Source: Azolla caroliniana
Lineage: Eukaryota; Plantae; Polypodiophyta
Reading direction: 5' to 3'
DNA length: 64,000 nucleotides
Assembly (NCBI GenBank): GCA_043228905.1
Contig: JBHGNT010000015.1
Coordinates: 17,050,001 to 17,114,000 of the forward strand
Part shown: in pieces, positions 1 through 12,499 of the stretch
How the letters are laid out: every line of letters starts with the position of its first letter
Numbering within the stretch: the stretch's first letter is position 1
The notes under the pieces: generated by a model
Told to the model about the DNA's origin: nothing
Seen by the model: the letters and a program-made list of their open reading frames with translations, nothing else
Database searches by the model: none
Program-made: the position numbers and the translations under genes

Positions 1-13
1 GTACACGTTACAA

Positions 14-1780
14 GTGGAAAATCTTTTGAATGAATGTGGTCAGGTACATAATGCACATAATATATGCACGAGAGGAGATGATGATAAGGATTTGAAAATG
101 GTGGAGACTTCCGATGTATTGGATGTTTTTCTGTCCGAAGAAGAAAGTACAATCTTAAATGCCGAGATCAAAAGATTAAAGAAATGTTCTTTCATTTGTA
201 AGCTATTTGGTGGTAGGCCCAACAGAGGTATGGTTTGTGATATGCTACAAGTAGCTTTAATGGATAAGGTCCCACATATAAAGAGTGTGGATAATATGGG
301 TCGAAATTTCTTTCACATTGAAGTGAACGAAGGGAGTGATGTATCGCAAATTATCAATATGAAATGTGTAGAACTCAAATACGGAAGAGCTCTGTTGTTG
401 GAGTGGCATGCTAATTTCAATGTTATGGATGAGGCTAAGAAAATTGGTAATCCCATGGTGATATCTATGGTATTCCCTAATCTGCCTCGACACTTATATC
501 CGTTGATGCAAAATATTGGGGAGAAGATTGGCACAATTTGTCCTTCCAAGGCATCCATGGTAGACAAAATCCGAGACTCCCCTAAGATTAGGGTGCTTGT
601 GCAAAGTTTGTCCACACTTCCATCCCTAATTAGAGTGCATGATGTGGAGGGAAGATTGATAGATGTGGATGTGGAATATGAGGGTTTACCTGGCCAATGT
701 TTCTATTGTAAAAGAAAGGGCCACATTGCCAAGGAATTTCCAAGGAAGATTAATAGAAATGTAAGGGGGGAGAAGGATATTGGGCTGTTAGATAAGCAAG
801 AACCGATAAGGGAGTCAAGATTGAGCAACCTCATTGGGGCTGAGAAGGCGAACAATAGTGCAAATGGCTGGACTCGTGTTTCGGGACGGAAAAATGGCTT
901 GCAACGAGAAGTAAACACGAATACACCTCATGCAGATTTGAGAAATCATTTTGAAGTGTTGCAAGAAGAGGAGGACCTAGCACAAGACTCAAAGAAAACT
1001 ATTGTTGAAGAGGTGGTAGTATGTACACCTGAGGTCATGTTAAAAAGTGGAACACTTAGACAAGAATCTACCATGGGCTCCCCTTCCTCTATTGGTAAAA
1101 GTGGAAGTATGGGACTGAGAGCAATGAAAGACTGGCTGTGTAATGGGAGATGTCAAGAAAGCTCACCCAACGCTCCTGAAATTAAGTTGCAAGCAGTGGG
1201 AGAAAGAAGTAAGGAGGCAAATGTTAGAGTTCCAATCAAATTTGTTAGGTCAAAAATATTGGAAGGGGACATGTTGGACAAGGGATATAGGTTTAGTCAG
1301 TAAGCTCTCACAAGACTGGCGGATTTGTCACAAGGGGAAGCTCTAGGGCTAAGGGTTTATGTAATTGTTGCTGAACGAAACAAGCTGCCGGCTATAGGCT
1401 TCTCTTTTGATCTAACAGACCTAGAGGTTACAACTAGTAACATGCCACGGATCTCCAACTTTATAGAAGTCAAGGCACACAAATACTTTCGCAGCCTACC
1501 TATCAATTGGAATGGAGATAATTGGAGGTTGATGTGGCTGAATGCTGGAATGATATGCGGGAGTTTTCATAATTCTTGCATTAAAAAACAGATTTTACTA
1601 TGCCTAGAGGAGATGATAGACCCTCTTGATGAGGTGTTGCACTTCCATGAGGAGGAAATGGCTGAAGCTACAAGGCAAGATGTTGTTTTAGGATGGGAGA
1701 GGATCAAGTCGGGAGGTTGGGCATGGGCTCGTGGGGAGGGACTATGTCCGGCTTGGGAGACCTCACAATTGTTCTCATGA
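14..1780 (+). pseudogene. LINE ORF1 (RRM-like region + CX2CX4H knuckle + C-terminal extension), one in-frame TAA at 1301-1303
   Basis: ORFs 14..1303 and 1325..1780 are in the same frame, separated by a single TAA. Knuckle CFYCKRKGHIAKEF has lost its last Cys. Confidence 0.8.
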
Positions 1781-3927
1781 AATTAATCACGTGGAACATA
1801 CAAGGTCTAGGCGGTAGCAAATGTATGTTGGAGAGGAAGAACCTCCGCCAAGAGTTCAAATCCCCTAGCTTTAGGGGGATCCCAAGCATTTTGCTCTTGC
1901 AAGAGCACCATTTGAGTGCGAACAGAATCTCGAGTATTGGCAATCCTCTAGCGGGGGATTAGCATACTATTTGGTCCCCAGCGCAAGGTGAGCATGGTAG
2001 AAAAGGGGGTGTTTGTACATCTATTAAGAATAATCCAGATATAATTGTTGTGGGCCAAGGCACCATCGTGGAGGGACGTGCCATCTATGTGACAATCAGA
2101 TGGCAACAACGTATCATTGGAATAATAAATGTGTACGCGCCCAATTCGACAGCGATGCGGGCCCTTTTTTGGAGGCAATTGGCTGATGGATTGCCGATGG
2201 CAGATGCATGGATCCTCGCAGGGGATTTTAACATGACTATGCACGCAGAAGACAAGGTGGGGGGCATGCATACGGCGGTGCAGGGGTCAGAGCTAGTTGC
2301 ATGGGATTTGTTGATGGGCAGAATGGGAGTGAAAGATGCTTGGTATGTACTAAAAAAGCCTCGGAGCTCATTATGCTTCTCAAGAGCAGGTTGTAATATA
2401 AATGGCTATTGTATGTCTCGCATAGACAGAATATACATAAGCTCGGAACTGGAAAAATATGGCAGCAATGTTGAAATCATCGCAGGTTCAGCTTACTCTG
2501 ATCACATGCCGGTTTCGATTACGTTGGTCACTCAGAGGCTGAACAAAAGGGACTGCAACTTAAGGATTAGTAATAAGCTTTTTGAGGATGTGAAGGTGAG
2601 AAGTAAGATAAGGAGTATATGGGAAAATAATCTAGCTGGTTGTGGTGCTTTGGATAATCTTCAAGGAAAGATTATTGAAACTTCAAAGTATTTGCATGAA
2701 GAGACTAAAAATAGATTAGAGAGATCTAAGGAAAGAGAGGTGAGACTAAGAAGATCGATAGCGGTTGCCCAAAGAATGCTCCAGAAAAATCCCAAGTGTC
2801 TTTGGTCAAGATCAGGTTTGGAGGCTGCCAAAGAAACACTACAGCGGCTGATTGTGTCAAGAAATAAGATGGTATTCAGGAGTTCAGCAGCTTGGTGGAG
2901 CAGGAATGGGGACAAGGTGAACCAACAATTTTTTAAGTTTAAAAAACTGAGCACAATTGGTAACTTCATTCCTAAACTGATCAAGGAGGATGGTTCACTG
3001 TCAGAAGATGTATCGGAGATCATGGAGGTAGTCACATCTCACTATAATGGGCTACTATCAAATAATTATAGTCTCCCAGACCAGCCCTCACTGGCAGAAT
3101 TTGTATTGGAGGGAATGCAACCAAGAATTTCAGAGGTTGCACAAGTTAAGTTGTCAGGGCCATTCTTGGAAGAGGAGGTGTCAGATGCTCTGGCAAGTAT
3201 ATGTAGAACGTCTTGTCCAGGAGACGATGGATTATCAAAAGATTTTTATGAAAAATTTTGGGAAATAATTAAGGTTGACCTGATTGCTGGACTAAATGAG
3301 GCATGGGATGATGGGTACCTCCCTGAACATTTTAAAGAGGGACTAATATTTCTAATTCCTAAGGTAAAGGGTATAGTATCAGATGTGAGGCAATGGAGAC
3401 CGATTACATTGCTCAACACAATCTATAAGATTTTTGCTAATATGCTGGCCAAGAGGGTCAAACCCCACTTACATGCGCTAATTAATGTTGGACAAACATG
3501 ATTCATGGAAAATAGATGTATAATTGATAATGTGTTGACCTTTTGGGAAGCGATTGCCCTGGCGAAGAAAACCAATCAACATATTGCATGCCTCATGCTT
3601 GACTTTGAGAAGGCATGTGATAGAGTACAATGGCCTTTTTTAGACAAAGTTATGGAGCGGTTGGGACTACCCTCAAAATGGAGAGCAGCTGCGTTGGCGC
3701 TTTACAAAGGAAGCTTGAGTAGGGTGTTGGTACTAGGGCAACGGGGCCCATCAATTCCATTATGCAAGTCTGTCAGACAGGGGTGCCCATTGGCCCCCTA
3801 CCTTTATTTATTTATCTCAGAGGCATTCTCTTTCTTTTTAAATAGACCGAATGCAGGAATTCGGGATTTGGTTGTCCCACATGCTTGTAAGGACTTGTTG
3901 GACTCCATGTATGCAGATGACACCATG

Positions 3928-4217
3928 TGTTGGAGACAAAGTCGTCTGTGCGGAAGATCAAGAAGCATTCGATTGCTGTTGAGTACCTGCGTATGACAGT
4001 TTGTAGGTCGTTGCACAGAGAGACAGAGAGAGAGACAGAGAGGCACAAAAGACTTTGTCTTATTCCATAAAGCAATAATACAACACCCAACCCTACAAAG
4101 AGGTTACAAGGTCACTATATATAGTGACCGACTTAGGGCAACTACCCTTTATGCTAATTACATAAATGGCCAAAACGGGATAGTGTGAATACGTCCATTA
4201 TACACATGTATTCGACA
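3928..4217 (-). repeat. Copia 3' LTR (290 bp)
   Basis: tgttggagac...tattcgaca; 2 mismatches to the other LTR by eye; adjacent PPT attacgggggag on minus at 4218-4229. Confidence 0.97.
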
Positions 4218-4410
4218 CTCCCCCGTAATGGGCGTATACATGGGTTATCTAAGATTACAGGTATAGACTTAGGTTCTCGGACATATCAGCTTTGTTCGGA
4301 TCGGCAGGGTCCGAAGGCAGAAGACCGAACTGGTCGGGTCGGAACATTTGAAGCCGATCATTAAGGAACTGATGTCGGTTGTCGGGAACCATCCTGCTCT
4401 GTGTCCGGCT

Positions 4411-7400
4411 CTAACCGGACTGGTTTGTCGTTACGCCCATCTGATGCCGAAGAGACCGAAAACGGTCTGCCGAAAGACACTTGGTCATTCCATCTGCGAC
4501 ATTGTCGGTTGTGGATATTTTCTCTAGACCGATTTTCCCTGAAATGACGCAGTCCCGAACGAAGTGATATCGAACGTCGATATGTTTGGAGGCGTTGTGG
4601 TGAACCGGATTTTTCGACAAGGCAACAGCACCTTGACTGTCGCTGTAGACAACTGGAGCCGAGTCATGGTCGACTTGTCGAAACGTGTGCGCCAGCCGAC
4701 CGAGCCACAAAGCTTCTTTTGCTGCGTCGGACGCAGCTACATATTCTGCTTCGGTCGTTGAGGTCGCTGTGCACTCCTGAAGTTTCGACTTCCACGAGAT
4801 TGCTCCATTGCCGAATTTGAAGCAGTATCCGGTTGTTGATTTCCGACTGTCTATACAGCCGGCGAAGTCCGAGTCGGTGTAACCGACTACGCCTGAGGTT
4901 CGGTTCGGACCGAAAAGAATGCCGTGGTCTTTTGTGCCAGCCAGATATCTGAACACATGCTTGACTGCGTTCCAATGCGATCGGCCAGGATTGTGCATAA
5001 ATCTGCTAACGACTCCTACGGCGTGAGAAATATCAGGCCGTGTCGCGACCATCAGGTACATAAGGGAGCCGACTGCCGGTGCATACGGTACCGACTTCAT
5101 ATCTTCCCCCTCCGGACCGGATGTCGGGCAGTCTCGCTGAGAGAGCCGAAGATTCATGGGGAGCGGGGTTGAGGCAGATTTGGCTGATTGCATGTTGAAG
5201 CGTTCTAAGACACGTCGGGTATAGTCGGTCTGAGACAAAAAAAGATGTTGTTTATCGTGATGCCGACTAATCTTCATGCCAAGGATGTGTCGTGCCGGAC
5301 CGAGGTCCTTCATGGAAAACTTCAACCGCAGTTGCCGAATGAGATCGGCAAGTTCGCCCGCGTGGCGTCCAGAAATTAGCATGTCGTCCACGTAAATGAT
5401 GAGGAAGATGGGTGATCCATCTTGAGCTGTGTTGGTAAAGAGACAATGGTCCTCATCGCTTTTTGAGAAGCCGATCGATTGGATGAAGTCGTCGAACTTC
5501 TTGTACCATTGTCGCGGTGCCTATTTGAGGCCGTATAGACTCTTCCTGAGTCGGCAGACTAGATGTGCTTGGCCAGTTGCCACGAAGCCTTTTGGCTGCT
5601 CCATATAAATTTCCTCTTCAAGATCACCATGGAGGAATGCTGTTTTGACATCTAGCTGAATCAGCTCCAAGTTGTCGGCTGCCACTACGCCGAGTAGAAA
5701 ACGGAGGGTTGTCATTTTCACCACTGGTGAAAAAATCTCGTCGAAGTCGACGCCATATTCTTGTCGGAAGCCCTTCGCAACTAATCTGGCCTTGTACTTT
5801 GGGGTGGTCGAATCAGACGTCTCTTTTAGTCGATAAACCCACTTGCAAGGAAGAGCACGTCGGTTCCTAGGTAATTCAACCAGATCCCAAGTCTTGTTTG
5901 CCCGAATGGAGTGCATTTCCGACTCCATCGCCAGATGCCAGGTGGCGGAATCGACAGATGTCGATGCTTCTTCGTAAGACGTCGGTTCGCCGGCGTCGGT
6001 GAAGAAAATTCCAGGAGAATACCTCTCCGGAGGTTGCGACAGTCTCTCGGATCGGCGAGGTAAGATTGGACTGGTCGCATCGGGTATCAAGGTCGGATGG
6101 TCCGAAAGCGGATTGTTCTGCTGTGCCGAGTCGGGGTTGTCCGAGTCGGTAGTGTAAGGTTCAGCTACCCGTGAAGCTGACCGTGTGTTGAGAGCGGGGC
6201 CTTCTTGAAGGGTCGGCACATCGGAAAATGTCACCCTTCGGACTTCGATCGGTTTTTCGACTGATGGATTCATAGCCGACTCGTTGAACACAACGTCCGA
6301 ACTTCGAACGATTTGTCTGCGTTCGGGGTCCCAGAGTCGGTATCCCATTTCGCCGTCGGATCCATATCCAAGGAAAATGCATTTCCTGGACCGAGGTGCA
6401 AGTTTTCGGCGATCATCTTTCGGAATAAGGGCGTACGCCTCGCATCCGAAGATCCTCAGCTTGTCGTAATTCGGCTTACTGCCGATCCATAGTTCCTGAG
6501 GAATTTGAAGTCCTAGAGGTCTACTTGGCGACATATTGATTATGTGTACTGCCGTGAGTAGAGCCTCTGCCCAGAAGCCATCCGACAGTCCCGTTTTGCT
6601 CCGGACTGTGTGGTGCCGTAAATTCACGTCGGATGCCGCGTTGTCGGCAGAATTTGACGAATTCTTCGGATTTAAACTCTCCCCCATTATCTGTCCGAAA
6701 GCATTTCAGCTTTCGGTCGGTTTGATTTTCTACCATAGCGAGCCAATCGGTGAAGATCGAGAAGACCCGATCTTTGGTGCGAATTGGATAAGCCCACACC
6801 TTTCGAGTCGAATCGTCAATAAAAGTGACGAAGTAAGAGGCACCGCCGAGAGACTGATGCGGCATTGGGCCACAGACGTCCGAGTGGACCAAATCAAGAG
6901 GTCTCGTTTCTCTTGGTGCTGATGTCGGGTGTGATGCGGCTGCTTGTTTGCCATACTGGCAATGCTCACAGAATTGATGGTCCGAGAAGGAGAGTTTGGG
7001 GATGTATCCGGCTCTAGATAGGTGCGTGATGCCGGCCTTGCTGAGGTGTCCTAATCTTCGGTGCCATAGTGATGACACAGGAATATCCACCAAAAACAGG
7101 TTACCCTCTCTGAGCGTAACATGTAACGGATACAGGGAGTGTATCTTGGGTCCTCTAGCAAGCAGGAGGTTCCCCCTGTGGAGTGTCCACCCTCCCGAAG
7201 AAAAACCGGCACGAATGCCGTCTTCATCTAGTTGTCCGACTGAGATCAATGGCCTTGAGAGCTCGGGTACATGTCGGACGTTGTGGAGTACAAGTGTAGA
7301 GCCACCTGCAAGGTTGAGCTCTACTGTGCCGATTCCGATGATGTCACAGTGTTGTGAGTTGCCGACTCGAACTGAGTCGGAGTGACGGATCGTATATTGC

Positions 7401-8365
7401 CGAAATTGGGATCGATGAGGAGTCACGTGAAATGACGCGCCCGAATCTAAGAGCCATGTGCTCGATTCTTCAGTCGTGAGTAGAACTTCTGATCCGACTG
7501 GATTTTCGATTGATAGTATATTCGGGTCGTCCGGTAGTACATCAGCTGAGAAGCTGACGTAATTGATCTCCTCATGCCGGCCACTCTTCTTGTTGTTCTT
7601 GTTCTTGAGTGCGCGGCAGTCGGCTTTGATGTGTCCGGGTTTCTTGCAATAGTTGCAGATTCGGTTATCCCGTGACTGGCTCCGTCTTCGCTGATTGTTC
7701 GGCGGCCGTGAGGAATCTCTTCCGCGTATGTTCGATCGGTCTGTCGAACCTTGTACTACGTAAGCGTCGTCTATTGAGTCTTTGGCGAAAGACTTTCTCC
7801 GAGCTGCTTCGGTCAGGATTGCGCTCGTGACTTCGGAGTATTTAACAGCCGTGGTTGACGCGTTGCACACGGTTGTGACGAAAGTTTCCCATGATGAGGG
7901 AAGGCTGCTCATGAGTATCATTGCTCTGAGTTCATCCTCGATTGCCGTCCCCTGTGACGAGATTTGGGAGCTTATGCTTTCGTACTCATTGAGGTGTGCT
8001 TGAACCGAATCGGATTCTTTCATCCGCAAGTTGTGGAGGCGCCGGATCAGAAACATCTTCGTTGCGGCGACCTTCTTTTCGTAAGTGTCCAACAGTGTTT
8101 TCCACAGTTCGAATGTTGTCGTACACGATTGCACCGTAAAGTATACCGATTCCGATAGGTGCATCCGAATCGTGGCGCGGACAATTCTGTCCAGCTTCTG
8201 CCACTCAATTGGTTTGTATCCTTCTGGAGGTTCTTCATTTTCGATGGGATCGATTTGCCCCTTGACTATGAGATAGTCCTGCATTTGTTCCTTCCAGAAG
8301 TTGAAGTTCGATCCATCGAACTTTCGTAGACTCATTTCTGACGAGCCGGATGTTGATGCCATCAA
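4411..8365 (-). pseudogene. Copia gag-pol polyprotein with an integrase deletion/frameshift near 6590 and TAG at 5521-5523
   Basis: Knuckle CNYCKKPGHIKADC; protease LLDSGAS; integrase HHCC, VHSDVCG, TDNGGEF; RT KARLVAKGF, QLDVKTAF, YVDDM; RNase H DSDFAG, TEAEY, ADGMTK. Confidence 0.93.
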
Positions 8366-9024
8366 GTTCGGTTTTGGTTGACGAAGCTCGGTTCGGAGTT
8401 GACTACGAACCTTGTTGGAGTGCAGCCAGTTGGCTCACCCGATATCGTTCTAGTCGGATTTGAACCCGAGTCGGTTCGGCTTCGGAGCTTGCTCGAATTG
8501 ACTCCGGTAACTTGAGGGACAGAACCGACTGGTCTTCCCGAATGTTGCCGAGTCGGAGTGAGCCCGGTTCGCTTCGGATATATATGCCGAATACCGATTA
8601 TTGAAACCGATTATCTGGACCGATTCTGCTTCGGGTGGCTGCAGCGACGAGAGAGACAGATCCAACTGATCCTCCCGAATGTCGATCAGCCGGATGAAGC
8701 GCGAATTGGGGTTGTTGTCTTGAGACCGATCTGCACCGAGTGGTTACAACGAGCGGCGAGCAGCGTTTAATGACCTTTTCGGATGCCGTTTAACCGAGTG
8801 GAGCGCGATCGTGTCAATGTTGCACAAGGGGATTTCACCTCGAGCGTTGCGATCACAAGGAACGGAGTACAACCGGCTGGCTTACTCCAAGCGAAGAGGA
8901 TCTAACGCGAAGAGATGCAAGCCTCGTTTTTCTTCTTCTCTCTTCTTCGAATGACGCAGGAAACCGAATGTTGTGCAGGCTGAGACGACAGCCGACAGCG
9001 GATTGAAGGACCGAATACTGTGCA

Positions 9025-9037
9025 GGCTCTGATACCA
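9025..9037 (-). promoter_or_regulatory. Primer-binding site complementary to tRNA-iMet
   Basis: Minus strand TGGTATCAGAGCC, 2 nt inside the 5' LTR end. Confidence 0.95.
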
Positions 9038-9039
9038 GA

Positions 9040-9329
9040 TGTTGGAGACAAAGTCGTCTGTGCGGAAGATCAAGAAGAATTCGATTGCTGTTGAGTACCT
9101 GCGTATGACAGTTTGTAGGTCGTTGCACAGAGAGAGAGAGAGAGAGACAGAGAGGCACAAAAGACTTTGTCTTATTCCATAAAGCAATAATACAACACCC
9201 AACCCTACAAAGAGGTTACAAGGTCACTATATATAGTGACCGACTTAGGGCAACTACCCTTTATGCTAATTACATAAATGGCCAAAACGGGATAGTGTGA
9301 ATACGTCCATTATACACATGTATTCGACA
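9040..9329 (-). repeat. Copia 5' LTR (290 bp)
   Basis: Direct repeat of 3928-4217, followed on minus by the PBS. Confidence 0.97.
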
Positions 9330-12300
9330 CCATGCTCTATCTGCAAGGCAATGATGCTAATTTACAGCAGGCTGAAAATCGAATTGAGTTGTTCTATAAA
9401 GCATCAGGTGGGAAAATTAATTGGAACAAAAGTAGAGGGTTTTGGGTAAGTCCAAACTCTTGGCCGAATTGGCAACCTAATGCTGATTTTCAATGGGTTC
9501 CTAATGGAAGGGTTGTTAAGTATTTGGGCTTTTTGGTGGGAATAGAGATTCAGAAAAATCAGTAACTTGAGCAAGTGAAAGACAAAATCAGAAAAAAGCT
9601 TCGGTTATGGGCATCAGTAAAGCTTTCCCTTGCAGGTAGAGTGGTTGTGGTAAACCATATTTTGTTGGCCACCATGTGGCACTCGTTGGCATGCTGGATG
9701 TTAGATAAAGAGTGCATAAAAAATATTAAGGCAATGGTGAGAGGGTTCCTTTGGTCGGGTAGAGACCATGAGACTGCTTCAGCTAAAGTGGCCTGGAGTT
9801 GTTTGATCAAGGCAAAAAGTCAAGGTGGACTTGGGATGGTGGATCCAGTTCACCAAAGTAAGGCTTTACTTGGTAAGCTCTTGGTGCAAAGTCTCCAACC
9901 TGGACCAGAATTGTGGAAATTGCTTCTTAGAGACAAAGTTGAACTCTGGAGTCCGAGGAATGGCGGCCCTTGGAAGGCAAAGATGTGGTGGTTGTTCAGT
10001 CCAGGCCTAACGTTAAAAGAACCTACTAGCATGGAGGATAGGGTGGCCCGCACCATAATGAGGGCCTGGTCAAGTTTAAGAGAGGGGCTGGTCTTAATGC
10101 AGCCAAAAACAATGGAGGAACAACTCCGTCAACCTCTGTTTTGGAACCTTAGGATTCGAAGTGATGATGGTATGATGCTTGGTCAGAAAAAATACTTGCC
10201 ATGGGGAAAAATGGTAGGGTACAATGTTAGTTCAGTAAGAGACTGGGAGGAGTTCAAAAGGAGAAGAAGGGAGGGTCTGGTTGGAAGTCCTAGATTTACC
10301 GGCAGGCTGGAAAAGGTTACCCACTTGATAGATAAGGTTGTTGATGGTTTAGCTAGGCTGAATGAAGAAGAGGGGGTCTGGTTTGGGTGGTTTGTAGGTG
10401 AGGGCGATGCACAAATTATCCGAGGCAGGTGGCCATCTAATGAGTATCGTTTGTGGGGCAACCTAAGTGCTTTGGCAGACAATGCCAGTGGTTGGCAGTG
10501 CGAGTGGCAATGTTGGAAGGTAAGAAGTGGCAAGTAAACCCGGACCCAGGGAAGCTGGAATCTGATCGTAAACTCTGGATAGTTGACAACAAGCCCATAT
10601 GTGATCTGGATTGGGATCCACTAGAGGTGTGGTGGCAGAAACCGGGAACGGACAAACTTGAACGGTTTTTCAAGTACACTACCAAGCTAGGAAGGCAAAT
10701 CATTGGCTCTAAATTGATGGGTGCTGGCCTAACTCGCAATAGTTGGAAGGATAAAGGCACTTCTGATGACTGGTTGAAGTCGTTTTGGAGGAGGCTATGG
10801 GCGTTCGATATGCCAGAAAAAATAAAGCTTTGGTTGTGGCTTCTTAGTCACAAAGCGGTGTCGGTGGGGGAGTGGCTTAGGTGTCGTGGTGGTGAGGCTG
10901 GATGCAAAAGTTGTGGACACCCTTTGGAATCAATTCCTCATTGTTTTTGGAATTGCAGCGAGGCTATTAACATTTGGGGTAGAAGTCTCAGGATAGTGGC
11001 AGCATGCGGAGTGAATGGGAGAGTTGTATGGGGGTCCGTACAAGGGCTGAAGTTAACAGGGGAAGGTTGGGCTGAACAGTTAAACCCCCACGGACATGGT
11101 TTTATAGTGCAGGATGGCAAGGTGTTTCAACAGGCTGGAGTTCGACATGGCACTAACTCAGAATTTTTTGAAGAGATATGGATGATGGTGTCTTGTTTAT
11201 CGGTCTGGCACATTTGGACCAACCGTTGTAAATTTGTTTTTCAACAACAAAAGATCCCTAGCGGTGAGGTATTATTAAATATCTGGTTTGAGTTGGTATC
11301 TTGGTTGCGGGGACGATACGACTCAATTAAGGGGGAATCTGATGCAGCTGAAAGATCTCGATCAAAGTTCTTGCTGAAATGGGATAATTCTCCTATGGTG
11401 GGCAGATCATCATCAGGGCCTCAATGGAACTACCAAGCACCCCGATGGTTGTTTCCGGTTTCCAACAGCGTCTAGGTGTTGTAAATCTGTATAGATATGG
11501 TACAAATTATTAGGTTATTGGAGTTGTTTGGATACGTTTGTTGAAAATGAGGTGGGGACTATGTCCACTTTGGTGGGAAGGCCAGAGTGAGGCCTGGTGA
11601 GAAGAACTTTGGGTGTTCTATGATGTAATTTTGTTTGCTAACTAATGCGAAGTAGTGTTTTTTTGGAAAAAAAAAAAAAAAAAAACATTAACATGATATT
11701 AACTTTATGTATTTCATTATCTTTGTTAGGTAGTTATGTTTATTTGTGCACTTTCTATAGTAATGAAATGTATAACAATGAAGCATCATATAGAACTTTC
11801 ATTATTAAAATTGGTAAAGGATCATATAGAACTTTCATTATTAAAATTTGTATGTCAAATGACATGTTAGTTTTTGCACTCGTGTCATATGACATACATC
11901 TTTAAAAAATGCCAGTCAAAAAACTTTTATACTAACTTGTCAAATTCAAGCCCTGATTGAATCAATGATTGATATGTTGCAATCCAAATATTCTTGGACA
12001 TTAAGTAGGCATTCTCATGTGCTCATAGATTTTGTAATACTAGTCTGTTGAATAATAATTAGTGCTATATCAATTTTTGTTAATCTTATTTGTGATCTAG
12101 ATGCAATTCTAGATATGGTATAAATGTTTTAGCACTTGTTTGGTAATACTCATCCAAATGAACGGTGAATGGTGATATACTCTTCATCTTCATGAAGATA
12201 ATAAAGAAGCCTCCATAAACAAGATTCTTATACGCTTATGCAAAATTATTCCCTTTTGGAAGTAAACGATTGGTGTAAATTTAACCATTAGTTTCACCAT

Positions 12301-12499
12301 AGTTCCTTTTTCATAGCTTCTAGTCATTTATGCCTTTATAATTTTCTTTGATAACAATTGTTCCTATTTTCTTACTTAAATATATACTAAATATTGTGGG
12401 TTAGATCTAGTTTCATTTTCTTACAATGATACACAACCTAGTTCTATTGTAAACATTATTTTGTTCACATATATTGATAGAAACATTTTATGTTGCCCA

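Larger units (their letters stand above)
3928..9329 (-). mobile_element. Full-length Ty1/Copia LTR retrotransposon
   Basis: TG..CA LTRs at 3928-4217 and 9040-9329; TSD CCATG at 3923-3927 and 9330-9334; PBS and PPT present; gag-PR-IN-RT-RH domain order. Confidence 0.98.
1777..11475 (+). pseudogene. LINE ORF2 (endonuclease-RT-zf), disrupted
   Basis: Starts MKLITWNIQG at ATG 1777. Stops at 1960, 3499 and 9563, a frameshift near 10440-10460, and the Copia insertion after YADDTM (resumes LYLQGN at 9335). Confidence 0.9.
1..11685 (+). mobile_element. L1-clade non-LTR retrotransposon (LINE), degenerate, interrupted by Copia at 3928-9329; 5' end probably outside the window
   Basis: ORF1 has an RRM/DUF4283-like region and zinc knuckle. 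ORF2 has APE endonuclease (ITWNIQG, LQE, GDFN, SRIDRIY, SDH), RT (WRPITLLN, DFEKA, RQGCPLAP, YADD) and zf-RVT (CKSC..ESIPHCFWNC). A 19-nt poly(A) tail lies at 11667-11685. Confidence 0.95.

Noticed and set aside
1960-1962. In-frame stops in TE ORFs as programmed readthrough or RNA-editing sites
   Set aside because: Most fit C-to-T or G-to-A decay of methylated nuclear TE DNA (TGG to TAG, CAA to TAA, CAG to TAG) and co-occur with frameshifts.
3804-4090. Duplicated small ORFs (MGVVLLLYGIRQ.., also at 8853-9202)
   Set aside because: Incidental translations of the two LTR copies.
11785-11850. Short direct repeat (atcatatagaactttcattattaaaatt x2) as the LINE TSD
   Set aside because: Both copies lie 3' of the poly(A) tail, so it is a local duplication. 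The true TSD cannot be tested because the LINE 5' end is not visible.
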